Below the pieces are notes generated by a model. The model had not been told where the DNA came from. It was given only the letters and a program-made list of their open reading frames with translations, and made no database searches. A program made the translations under genes and the position numbers. From positions 68,360 to 132,359 of the forward strand of contig OZ246403.1 of assembly GCA_965230925.1 (NCBI GenBank): a DNA stretch of 64,000 nt, given 5' to 3'. Below, piece by piece: positions 56,697-64,000 of the stretch (position 1 is its first letter; the number at the start of each line of letters is the position of its first letter). Source of the stretch: an uncultured Candidatus Saccharibacteria bacterium (lineage in GTDB: Bacteria; Patescibacteriota; Minisyncoccia; Phycocordibacterales; JACOZG01).

Positions 56697-58019
56697 ATGC
56701 GAGAAGTCATTCAAGATATTAAAAAACCAAAGCGCAGTTTGCGTGAGGTGTTGCCAAGAAGTCCAGTGCCCACCATCAAGCGGGTAAGCCAAAGCGTGAG
56801 TGATGAGGTAGAGCCCGAGCCAGAATTCACTTCACCGCCACCACGCCCTCGGACGGGCCGGCGGGGCGGCAAGTTCTTTGGTTTTGTTATTGTCATTATC
56901 CTCCTCGCCGTTCTCGCGATCGGGGCTTCTGCTTTCTTAAACCAGGCTACGGTTAAATTAAGTCCGAAAGAAACCAATGTCTCCCTGAACGAAGAGACAA
57001 CGATTACAGCAATAAAGAAGCCCGAGAATGACACAGATCTAACCTTCGCTATCATGACCCTCGAGATGAGCGAGGGTCGACTCCTGCCAGCCAAAGGCAA
57101 GGAGCAAGTATCACAAAAAGCTTCTGGAACCATCACTATTTATAATGACTACAGCACCAAAAGCCAAAGTTTAGTGAAAGATACTCGTTTTGAAGCAAAA
57201 AACGGGAAAATTTACCGCATTTCTCAAGCCGTAACTGTGCCGGGGCAAAAAAAGCAGGGAGCCGAAACCGTTCCAGGCTCAGTAGAAGCGACAATACAAG
57301 CTGATGAACCAGGAGCTGATTACAACAGCGATTTAACAGAGTTTACTATCCCGGGATTCCGCGGCGATCCTCGATATACCAAGTTTTCGGCAAAGTCCAA
57401 AACGACCCTTAGTGGGGGTCTAGTAGGCGAAGTAAGCTTGGTTGAGCCAGCAGATAAAGCTAGGGTTAAGGCCGAATTAGAAGATCTTTTGACCAAAAGG
57501 CTTCTTGAAGAAGCCAAGACCAAGGTGCCAGCTGATTTCATTTTCTATAATGAAAGCCCAATCATCACCTTTACTGAAATTAACCCTCAACCAGGAAGCG
57601 TAAGCGCGGCTGGTGAGGTGGAATTTAAAGAAGGCGGTAAATTAACCGTGCCGATCTTTCATCGCCAAAAATTAAGTCAACACGTAGCCAAGAGCAAGCT
57701 CGGTGAGTCTGTGGGAGAAGAAAAAGTGATCATAAATAATCTAGAGCAACTCACTTTCAAGGTAAAAGGGCAAACGCCAACCACCTGGGAGCAAGTGGAA
57801 GAATTGGAGTTTACCTTAAACGGCGAGGCGAAAATTAGTTGGCTCATTGATCAAGAAGAATTGAAAAATAGTCTCACCGGACTCTCAAAAGATGGCTATC
57901 AATCGGTCTTCTCGCAGTACCCAGCCATCAAGCGTGCAGAGGTAATATTCCGCCCACCGTGGATTCGAGAATTCCCTACAACCGTTGATAAAATTAAGAT
58001 CGAAATCGATCGTTCTTGA
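56697..58019 (+). CDS. Membrane-anchored protein with a baseplate-J-like domain
   Basis: TM helix; [21 protein letters not shown]. Confidence 0.7.
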   Translation: MREVIQDIKKPKRSLREVLPRSPVPTIKRVSQSVSDEVEPEPEFTSPPPRPRTGRRGGKFFGFVIVIILLAVLAIGASAFLNQATVKLSPKETNVSLNEETTITAIKKPENDTDLTFAIMTLEMSEGRLLPAKGKEQVSQKASGTITIYNDYSTKSQSLVKDTRFEAKNGKIYRISQAVTVPGQKKQGAETVPGSVEATIQADEPGADYNSDLTEFTIPGFRGDPRYTKFSAKSKTTLSGGLVGEVSLVEPADKARVKAELEDLLTKRLLEEAKTKVPADFIFYNESPIITFTEINPQPGSVSAAGEVEFKEGGKLTVPIFHRQKLSQHVAKSKLGESVGEEKVIINNLEQLTFKVKGQTPTTWEQVEELEFTLNGEAKISWLIDQEELKNSLTGLSKDGYQSVFSQYPAIKRAEVIFRPPWIREFPTTVDKIKIEIDRS

Positions 58020-58062
58020 CCGACTAATTAATAATCTGCTAGTATTACCAAGCCCACAAGGA

Positions 58063-58278
58063 ATGTCGGAAGATAGTCAGTCAAATTTGGAGACCGGAGT
58101 AGTGGTGGAGGCTTTGCCCAACACCCTGTTTAAGGTCAAACTCGATAACGGCAATGAGATATTGGCCTTCTTATCGGGGAAAATGCGGCTTTATCGCATC
58201 CGGGTACTAGTGGGCGATCGGGTTGATGTCTTCCTTGACCAATACGGTGGGAAGGGTAGAATCCAAAAACGCCTATAA
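58063..58278 (+). CDS. infA: Translation initiation factor IF-1
   Basis: [17 protein letters not shown]...I..L.GD.V. Confidence 0.95.
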   Translation: MSEDSQSNLETGVVVEALPNTLFKVKLDNGNEILAFLSGKMRLYRIRVLVGDRVDVFLDQYGGKGRIQKRL

Positions 58279-58395
58279 ATGCAAGTTCGATCAGCCATTG
58301 TAAAAAGATGCGCAAGCTGCCGCCTGGTTCGCCGGCGGGGCCATTTGTATATTATTTGCAAAAACAAGAAGAAACATAAGCAAAAACAAGCCTAA
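58279..58395 (+). CDS. rpmJ: 50S ribosomal protein L36 (missing from ORF track)
   Basis: MQVRSAIVKRCASCRLVRRRGHLYIICKNKKKHKQKQA. Confidence 0.95.
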   Translation: MQVRSAIVKRCASCRLVRRRGHLYIICKNKKKHKQKQA

Positions 58396-58398
58396 AAC

Positions 58399-58779
58399 AT
58401 GCGTCTAGCCGGTATCACCTTACCCGATAATAAGCGGATAGAGATCGCTCTCACAGCGATTTATGGTATTGGCCGCAATTTAGCCCAAACCTTGCTGGAT
58501 GAGGCTAAGGTGGAATACGGTAAAAAGACCAAGGAAGTGAGCGCGGACGAGGAAGCCAGAATCCGGAAAATCGTTGAATCTCTGCGGGTTGAAGGAGTTC
58601 TCAAGCGTGAGGTCGCTGGTAATATTAAACGCTTGATTGACGCTAAAAGTTACCGGGGTTCCCGTCATGCCCGCCACCTTCCTTCTCGTGGCCAGAGAAC
58701 TAAGACCAATTCTCGAACCCGCCGCGGCAACATGAGAAAGACCATGGGTTCAGGTCGCAAGAAGGTAGAAAAGAAATAA
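58399..58779 (+). CDS. rpsM: 30S ribosomal protein S13
   Basis: IYGIG, YRG.RH...LP.RGQRTKTN. Confidence 0.97.
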   Translation: MRLAGITLPDNKRIEIALTAIYGIGRNLAQTLLDEAKVEYGKKTKEVSADEEARIRKIVESLRVEGVLKREVAGNIKRLIDAKSYRGSRHARHLPSRGQRTKTNSRTRRGNMRKTMGSGRKKVEKK

Positions 58780-58787
58780 TTTTAATC

Positions 58788-59216
58788 ATGGGAAAGAAAC
58801 GCGTAGTAAAACAAGGGGGAACAGAAGACGGGGCACAAGCTCGTTCCGCGGCCAAGGCGCCAAAGCGGAAACTGTCTGAGGGTGTTCTCCATATTCAATC
58901 AACCTACAACAACACACGACTTCTTCTTACCGATAAGGAAGGGAACGCTTTGGCTTGGAGTTCAAGCGGTTCACTTGGCTTTAAGGGGGCCAAGAAGGGC
59001 ACCACCTTCGCCGCCGGTAAGGTGGGGGAGCTTATTGCTGACAAGGCCATGGCGATGGGAATTAAAGATGTAAGCGTGGTAATCCGCGGCGTGGGTTCGG
59101 GCCGCGAATCATCCTTGCGCGCCTTCTCGGCCAAAGGGCTCGGCTTTACCAGCATTGAGGACTCTACGCCGGTACCCTTTAACGGCCCCAAGCCTCGTAA
59201 GCCTCGACGGGTGTAA
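58788..59216 (+). CDS. rpsK: 30S ribosomal protein S11
   Basis: STYNNT, GFKG.KK.T, TPVP.NG. Confidence 0.97.
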   Translation: MGKKRVVKQGGTEDGAQARSAAKAPKRKLSEGVLHIQSTYNNTRLLLTDKEGNALAWSSSGSLGFKGAKKGTTFAAGKVGELIADKAMAMGIKDVSVVIRGVGSGRESSLRAFSAKGLGFTSIEDSTPVPFNGPKPRKPRRV

Positions 59217-59238
59217 TTAATTTCCTTCATTTTTTATT

Positions 59239-59850
59239 ATGAAAATTGGTCCAAAATATAAAATCGCTCGTCGCCTCGGAGATCGCGTTTTCCCCAAGAC
59301 GCAGAACCCGCGCTTTAGCCTCACCAAAGAGGGAGGGCGGGGCAGTGGCGGTCGACCAAAACCACTTTCCGACTTCGGTCGACAATTGATTGAGAAGCAA
59401 AAAGCGCGCTACACTTATGTGGTTACTGAAAAACAGTTTGGCAATTATGTGAAGCGCGCTCGCCAAACCGGCGGTACCGACAAGGTTGGCACGCTTTACC
59501 GCGCACTGGAATCTCGGCTCGATAATGTGATCTTCCGCCTCGGACTCGCGAACTCCCGCCTCTTTGGTCGCCAGTTGGTCTCGCATGGCCATATTTTGGT
59601 GAATGGAAAGAAGGTCACCATTCCGTCATACGAAGTGAAGGCGGGTGACCGGATCAGTATTCGGCCAGGTAGCGCGGCGAAAGGACCGTTTAAAAATTGG
59701 GAGGAAAAAAAGGAGAATTATCAGACCCCAGAATGGCTCGTTTTAGAGGAGGGGAAGGCCAGTTGGCAGGTAAAACACTTGCCGCTCGGTAATGATCAGG
59801 AGTTGACCCTGAATTTCGGCGCCATTTTGGAATTTTATAGTCGAGGTTAA
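59239..59850 (+). CDS. rpsD: 30S ribosomal protein S4
   Basis: EKQK, LESRLDNV..RLG, RQLVSHGH. Confidence 0.97.
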   Translation: MKIGPKYKIARRLGDRVFPKTQNPRFSLTKEGGRGSGGRPKPLSDFGRQLIEKQKARYTYVVTEKQFGNYVKRARQTGGTDKVGTLYRALESRLDNVIFRLGLANSRLFGRQLVSHGHILVNGKKVTIPSYEVKAGDRISIRPGSAAKGPFKNWEEKKENYQTPEWLVLEEGKASWQVKHLPLGNDQELTLNFGAILEFYSRG

Positions 59851-59861
59851 TTAATAAAACC

Positions 59862-60851
59862 ATGAGTGATTTAAATATTATTTTGCCTTCGAAGCCACGC
59901 ATTATTTCGGAGTCAGACAAAGACAATAAGGGAATCTACGAGATTGAGGGTCTATCACCTGGGTACGGTCAAACCTTGGGTAACTCTTTGCGCCGGATTA
60001 TTCTCTCCTCAATGGCGGGTGTGGCCATCACTTCGGTTAAGATTGCTGGGGTTACTCATGAGTTCGCAACTATTCCTGGTCTAAAAGAGGACGGTATTGC
60101 TCTTATTTTGAATCTTAAGAAAATTCGCTTCCGATTGGCTGACGAGGGTCCTCACACGGTAACCCTCAAGGTGAAGGGTGCGAAGGAAATTAAAGCTGGT
60201 GATATCGAGTTGCCTGGTCAGGTGGAAGTAATGAACCCTGAGTCTTATGTCGGTAGCCTCAGTGGAAAAGATTCTAGCCTTGAGGTGGAAATGACACTTG
60301 AGAAGGGCATTGGCTACTTACCTAAAGAAGCAGTGAAGCATGACAAGGCGGCGGAAATTGGGGCAATTACCCTTGACGCTGCTTTTACCCCGATCCGCCG
60401 CGTGAGTTATGAGGTAGAAAATATGCGGGTGGGCGATCGCACCGACTACAATCGCTTGAGACTCACCATCGAGACCGACGGCATCATTAGCCCAAGAGAA
60501 TCACTGGACCATTCTATTAGGATTATGATCAACCAGCTCAAGGCGATTGTTGGCTTCAAAGAGGAAATGGTGGAGGAAACCACATCTACCTCGGAAACCA
60601 AGCGTGGTCGGAGCGAAGAATCTGGTGAAGAAGGTGAATCAACCGACGAAGAACTTTTGAAAACTCGCATTGAGCAGCTCGATCTCGGTGCCCGAACAGT
60701 GAAGGCGCTCGGCAATGCTGGTATTCGCACGCTTGGCGGCCTCGCGCGCAAGCGCCTGGCTGATCTCGAAGAGCTCGAGGGGCTCGGCGAGAAGTCGGTA
60801 GAAGAAATTAAGAAACTCCTAAAGAGTCACGATTTGAGCTTGAAGGATTAA
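59862..60851 (+). CDS. rpoA: RNA polymerase alpha subunit
   Basis: GYG.TLGNSLRR, HEF.TI.G.KED, RVG.RTDY; alpha-CTD. Confidence 0.97.
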   Translation: MSDLNIILPSKPRIISESDKDNKGIYEIEGLSPGYGQTLGNSLRRIILSSMAGVAITSVKIAGVTHEFATIPGLKEDGIALILNLKKIRFRLADEGPHTVTLKVKGAKEIKAGDIELPGQVEVMNPESYVGSLSGKDSSLEVEMTLEKGIGYLPKEAVKHDKAAEIGAITLDAAFTPIRRVSYEVENMRVGDRTDYNRLRLTIETDGIISPRESLDHSIRIMINQLKAIVGFKEEMVEETTSTSETKRGRSEESGEEGESTDEELLKTRIEQLDLGARTVKALGNAGIRTLGGLARKRLADLEELEGLGEKSVEEIKKLLKSHDLSLKD

Positions 60852-60861
60852 TTAACGGACC

Positions 60862-61212
60862 ATGCGGCACCACAACAAAATCAAAAAATTTGGCCGAGAG
60901 ACGAATGTTCGTCGTGCCCTCATGCGCTCCTTGGCTCGTAACCTTATCTTGAAAGGAAAAATTAAGACGACTCAGGCTAAGGCTAAAGCTCTCCGACCCT
61001 TCGTGGAGAAGCTAGTGACCAAAGCGCGCGGTGGCGACTTGGCCGCGAGACGCCTGGTGGCAAGCCGACTCGCTGGGGACAAGGAGACGAAAATTCTCTT
61101 CGCTACAATTGGTCCGCGCTATGTGAACCGACCAGGTGGCTATACCCGAATCACCAAGTTGCCGCCTCGGGCTGGTGACGCGAGCCCCATGTCCCTGATT
61201 GAATTTGTATAA
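60862..61212 (+). CDS. rplQ: 50S ribosomal protein L17
   Basis: MRH, TT.AKAK, RPGGYTRI. Confidence 0.97.
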   Translation: MRHHNKIKKFGRETNVRRALMRSLARNLILKGKIKTTQAKAKALRPFVEKLVTKARGGDLAARRLVASRLAGDKETKILFATIGPRYVNRPGGYTRITKLPPRAGDASPMSLIEFV

Positions 61213-61215
61213 AAC

Positions 61216-61581
61216 ATGAAAACGATGCCAAAAAATCAAGAGCTCAATATTGACGCTAGTGGCCAAGCCATTGGTCGCGTGGCCACCCAAGCCGCCTTTC
61301 ATTTGCGCGGGAAAACCCTTCCCACTTTTACCCCCAATCAACTACCCGCGACCAAGGTAAACATCGTAAACGCTGCTAAAATTAAAATTACGACGAAGAA
61401 ATTAAAAGAAACCGAGTATCCAAATTATACCGGCTACCCAGGCGGACTTCATTACCACAGTCTCGAGACCGTGGCCAAGAAACACGGATACAGCGAGCTC
61501 TGCCGCCGAGCCATCTTGAGAATGTTGCCTCGGAATAAACTCCGACCGCAGATTATGAAAAATTTAACGATTAGTGAGTAA
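61216..61581 (+). CDS. rplM: 50S ribosomal protein L13
   Basis: IDA...GR.A, LRGK, GYPGG, MLP. Confidence 0.95.
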   Translation: MKTMPKNQELNIDASGQAIGRVATQAAFHLRGKTLPTFTPNQLPATKVNIVNAAKIKITTKKLKETEYPNYTGYPGGLHYHSLETVAKKHGYSELCRRAILRMLPRNKLRPQIMKNLTISE

Positions 61582-61582
61582 T

Positions 61583-61987
61583 ATGGCAACGCAAACCAAA
61601 AATTATTTCGAGGCGGTAGGCCGGCGCAAAGAGGCAATTGCCCGCGTGCGCTTAACCCCTCAAGCCAAACAGGAAATCACTGTAAACGGGAAGCCGGTGC
61701 AAACTTATTTTCCTACGGCTGATTGGCGAGAACAAATTACGAAGGGACTAAGAGATGGTGCAGTGGAGCAAAAGTTTGGGATCACTATTCAAGTGAAAGG
61801 TGGGGGAACTCACTCGCAAGCTGAAGCCAGTGCTCATGGCTTAGCCCGCGCCCTACTTTTGTTTAATCCTGAACTCCGGATTGCCTTAAAGAAAGAGGGT
61901 AATCTCCGCCGCGACCCACGAGCCAAAGAACGCCGCAAATTCGGTCTCAAAAAAGCCCGCAAAGCCCCACAGTGGTCAAAGCGTTAA
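61583..61987 (+). CDS. rpsI: 30S ribosomal protein S9
   Basis: GRRK.A.ARV, GGG, ERRKFGLKKARKAPQWSKR. Confidence 0.97.
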   Translation: MATQTKNYFEAVGRRKEAIARVRLTPQAKQEITVNGKPVQTYFPTADWREQITKGLRDGAVEQKFGITIQVKGGGTHSQAEASAHGLARALLLFNPELRIALKKEGNLRRDPRAKERRKFGLKKARKAPQWSKR

Positions 61988-62009
61988 TTCTCCACTTTTA
62001 CTTACTCTC

Positions 62010-62036
62010 AAAAACGGCCCAACTGGGCCGTTTTTC
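62010..62036 (+). terminator. Terminator of the ribosomal operon
   Basis: AAAACGGCCC-AACT-GGGCCGTTTTT. Confidence 0.85.
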
Positions 62037-62067
62037 CGTCCTCACGCTTAACAACTTATAAAAATGC

Positions 62068-62432
62068 TTGACAGGAAAATTGATTCATGTATACTATCGG
62101 GCAGATGTTGACCACCACGCGATGGTCACGAACCAGCCGGTAAGCTTGATTAAATGGTTCACTTACTAGACTGATGAGAGTAGTGCACAGGTAACTGTGC
62201 CCTCGAACCTGATCCCGGGACTGCAGGGAGGGATGCTCGCCATGAGTCTAACTTGGCAAAATCCTCGAGACGGTCGAGGGCATGATGGAAGGATGCGGAA
62301 ACCACGGGGCGCCGCTAAGATCTCCACCATGACACAACGCACCAACCCTGAACCAAATAGTTCTTCGAACTAGATCAAGGGGTTTTGTAACCCACAACAC
62401 CGCTGGAGCAATTTTGCCCAGCGGTTTCTCTT
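62068..62432 (+). other. Promoter, structured 5' leader, 43-aa ORF (62242-62373) and terminator
   Basis: TTGACA-16-TATACT; three-way junction covering the SD and ATG; terminator 62399-62432. Confidence 0.45.
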
Positions 62433-62484
62433 TGCTAAAAATTGAATTGACTTTTTTTGAAATCGGTGTAAGATTGGCGGGCTT

Positions 62485-63036
62485 ATGGAGGAACATGATG
62501 AAGAAATTGTCCCCGAGGACGAGAATGAAATGGGCGAGGCCGCCATTAAGAAATTGCGTGAGCGGGTGAAGCGGGCGCTGGAGGAAAAGCAAGAATATCT
62601 CGATCTCTCGCAACGACTGAAGGCAGATTACTTAAATTTAAAGAAAGAAACGGAAAGAGAAAAAGGAGAGATCAAAAGTTGGGCGACGGCAAACGTCTTA
62701 CTTGAATTATTAGGAGTCGCCGACAGCTTCGAGATGGCGCTCGGCAATAAGGAATCGCTGAAGCAAGTTCCGGAGAATTGGTTGAAAGGTGTAGAATATA
62801 TTTATCAAAAATTACAAAGCGTTTTTAGAGATCACAAGCTGGAGGAGTTTAAACCAAAACCGGGCGATACTTTTAATCCCGAAACGGAGCAAGCGGTAGA
62901 ACAAGTGGCTACTGATGAGGAAGACAAAGATAATACAGTTACCACAGTGATTCAGGCGGGTTATAAATTGCATGGGAAGGTGGTCCGGCCGGCGCAGGTG
63001 AAGGTCGCGAGTTGGCAATTAGAAAAAAATAATTAA
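62485..63036 (+). CDS. grpE: Nucleotide exchange factor GrpE
   Basis: RLKADY.N, F.P...AV, Q.GY.L...V.RPA.V.V. Confidence 0.95.
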   Translation: MEEHDEEIVPEDENEMGEAAIKKLRERVKRALEEKQEYLDLSQRLKADYLNLKKETEREKGEIKSWATANVLLELLGVADSFEMALGNKESLKQVPENWLKGVEYIYQKLQSVFRDHKLEEFKPKPGDTFNPETEQAVEQVATDEEDKDNTVTTVIQAGYKLHGKVVRPAQVKVASWQLEKNN

Positions 63037-63045
63037 AATAAAACC

Positions 63046-64000
63046 ATGGGAAAAATTTTAGGGATTGATTTGGGTACGACCAATTCCGCCATGGCCTATG
63101 TGGAAGGCGGGAGTCCGAAGATTATTGAGAACGCTGAAGGCGCGCGCACGACGCCGTCTATTGTCGCGCTATCAAAGAGTGGCGAGCGCATTGTGGGACT
63201 CCTCGGCAAGCGCCAATCGGTAACGAATCCACAAAACACAATTTTTGAAGTGAAGCGCCTGATGGGTCATCGCTTCGACGACCCGAATATTCAGAAGGAT
63301 AAACAAACCTTTCCATTCCAAATCGAGAAAAGTGAGGATGGGGGAATTAAAATAAAGTTGGGGGACAAGACTTATCGGCCGGAAGAAGTGTCGGCCATGA
63401 TTTTGCAAAAGCTCAAACACGATGCAGAAGCTAAGCTCGGTGAGAAAATTGAGGAAGCGGTGATTACCGTGCCGGCCTACTTCGACGACTCGCAACGCAA
63501 AGCGACCCGCGACGCTGGTGAAATTGCTGGCTTTAAGGTGCGGCGAATAATTAATGAACCCACCGCCGCGGCTCTCGCTTACGGCTTTAATAAAAAGAAG
63601 GAGGAAAAAATTGTGGTCTACGACTTCGGCGGCGGAACCTTCGACGTCTCGGTCTTAGAAATTAGCGGCGGGAATGATGAGCAGAGCATTCAAGTCAAGT
63701 CGACCGACGGCGACTCACACATGGGCGGCGGTGACATTGACCAGAAGATGATCAAGTGGATTGGTGATGAATTTAAAAAAGAATCAGGCATTGATATTAC
63801 TCGCGATCCACTGGCCTTACAACGCCTGAAGGAAGCGGCGGAGAAAACGAAGCACGAGCTCTCAACAACCCTGGAATCAGAAATTAATATTCCGTTTATT
63901 ACTTCCGACGCTTCTGGCCCGCGCCATTTACTTCTCAAGATGACGCGCGGTCAGCTCGAGACTCTGGCGCGCGAATTTATTGATCGCTCGATTGAGATTA
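63046..64000 (+). CDS. dnaK: Chaperone DnaK, 3'-truncated by the window
   Basis: [37 protein letters not shown]. Confidence 0.97.
   Translation, partial: MGKILGIDLGTTNSAMAYVEGGSPKIIENAEGARTTPSIVALSKSGERIVGLLGKRQSVTNPQNTIFEVKRLMGHRFDDPNIQKDKQTFPFQIEKSEDGGIKIKLGDKTYRPEEVSAMILQKLKHDAEAKLGEKIEEAVITVPAYFDDSQRKATRDAGEIAGFKVRRIINEPTAAALAYGFNKKKEEKIVVYDFGGGTFDVSVLEISGGNDEQSIQVKSTDGDSHMGGGDIDQKMIKWIGDEFKKESGIDITRDPLALQRLKEAAEKTKHELSTTLESEINIPFITSDASGPRHLLLKMTRGQLETLAREFIDRSIEI

Noticed and set aside
56697-58019. Prophage inferred from the baseplate-J-like gene
   Set aside because: No other phage genes; flanked by housekeeping genes.
62171-62232. Hammerhead ribozyme (CTGATGA...CGAA) or canonical TPP riboswitch
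   Set aside because: GAAC instead of GAAA and no convincing stems I/III; lacks the TPP 5' GGG strand and TAAT loop. Kept only as an unclassified structure.
62320-62330. CTCCACCA as a tmRNA/tRNA 3' end
   Set aside because: No T-arm or matching acceptor strand.
62430-62484. CIRCE element before grpE-dnaK
   Set aside because: No TTAGCACTC-N9-GAGTGCTAA and no hrcA in the window.

Overview
A 64 kb chromosomal segment from a small-genome Patescibacteria (CPR) bacterium, most like Parcubacteria, using genetic code 11. The assignment rests on a Nudix-inserted LeuRS, a short AlaRS, a split transketolase, the FtsA-like plus baseplate-J-like gene pair and the GT4-GH57-GH15 cluster. The backbone is almost all on the + strand: murB, pyrH-like, gatB, gap-rpiB-rpe, tktA/tktB, alpha-glucan genes, tgt, rsmE, uvrB/uvrA/uvrC, an HK-RR pair, ddl, cofE-like, five tRNAs, glycerate kinase-ppsA-eno, ychF, leuS, mltG, mnmA, alaS, the infA-rpsI ribosomal block, grpE and partial dnaK. 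I saw no transposase, integrase, RT or CRISPR array. The most unusual signals are: (1) five small AT-rich membrane-protein genes between the transketolase halves, whose junctions echo the tktA 3' end and tktB 5' end, like an integrase-free cassette array; (2) 20-40 nt GC-rich palindromes inserted in frame in rpe, gatB and tgt, and in the D-loop of a dead tRNA-Ala; (3) a Trp-codon leader-peptide attenuator before the cofE-like gene; (4) two expression grammars, with many core genes apparently leaderless while scattered orphans sit in promoter-SD-ORF-terminator cassettes; (5) several promoter/terminator-bounded structured RNA candidates and unannotated micro-ORFs. All calls come from reading the sequence by eye; no searches or folding programs were run.
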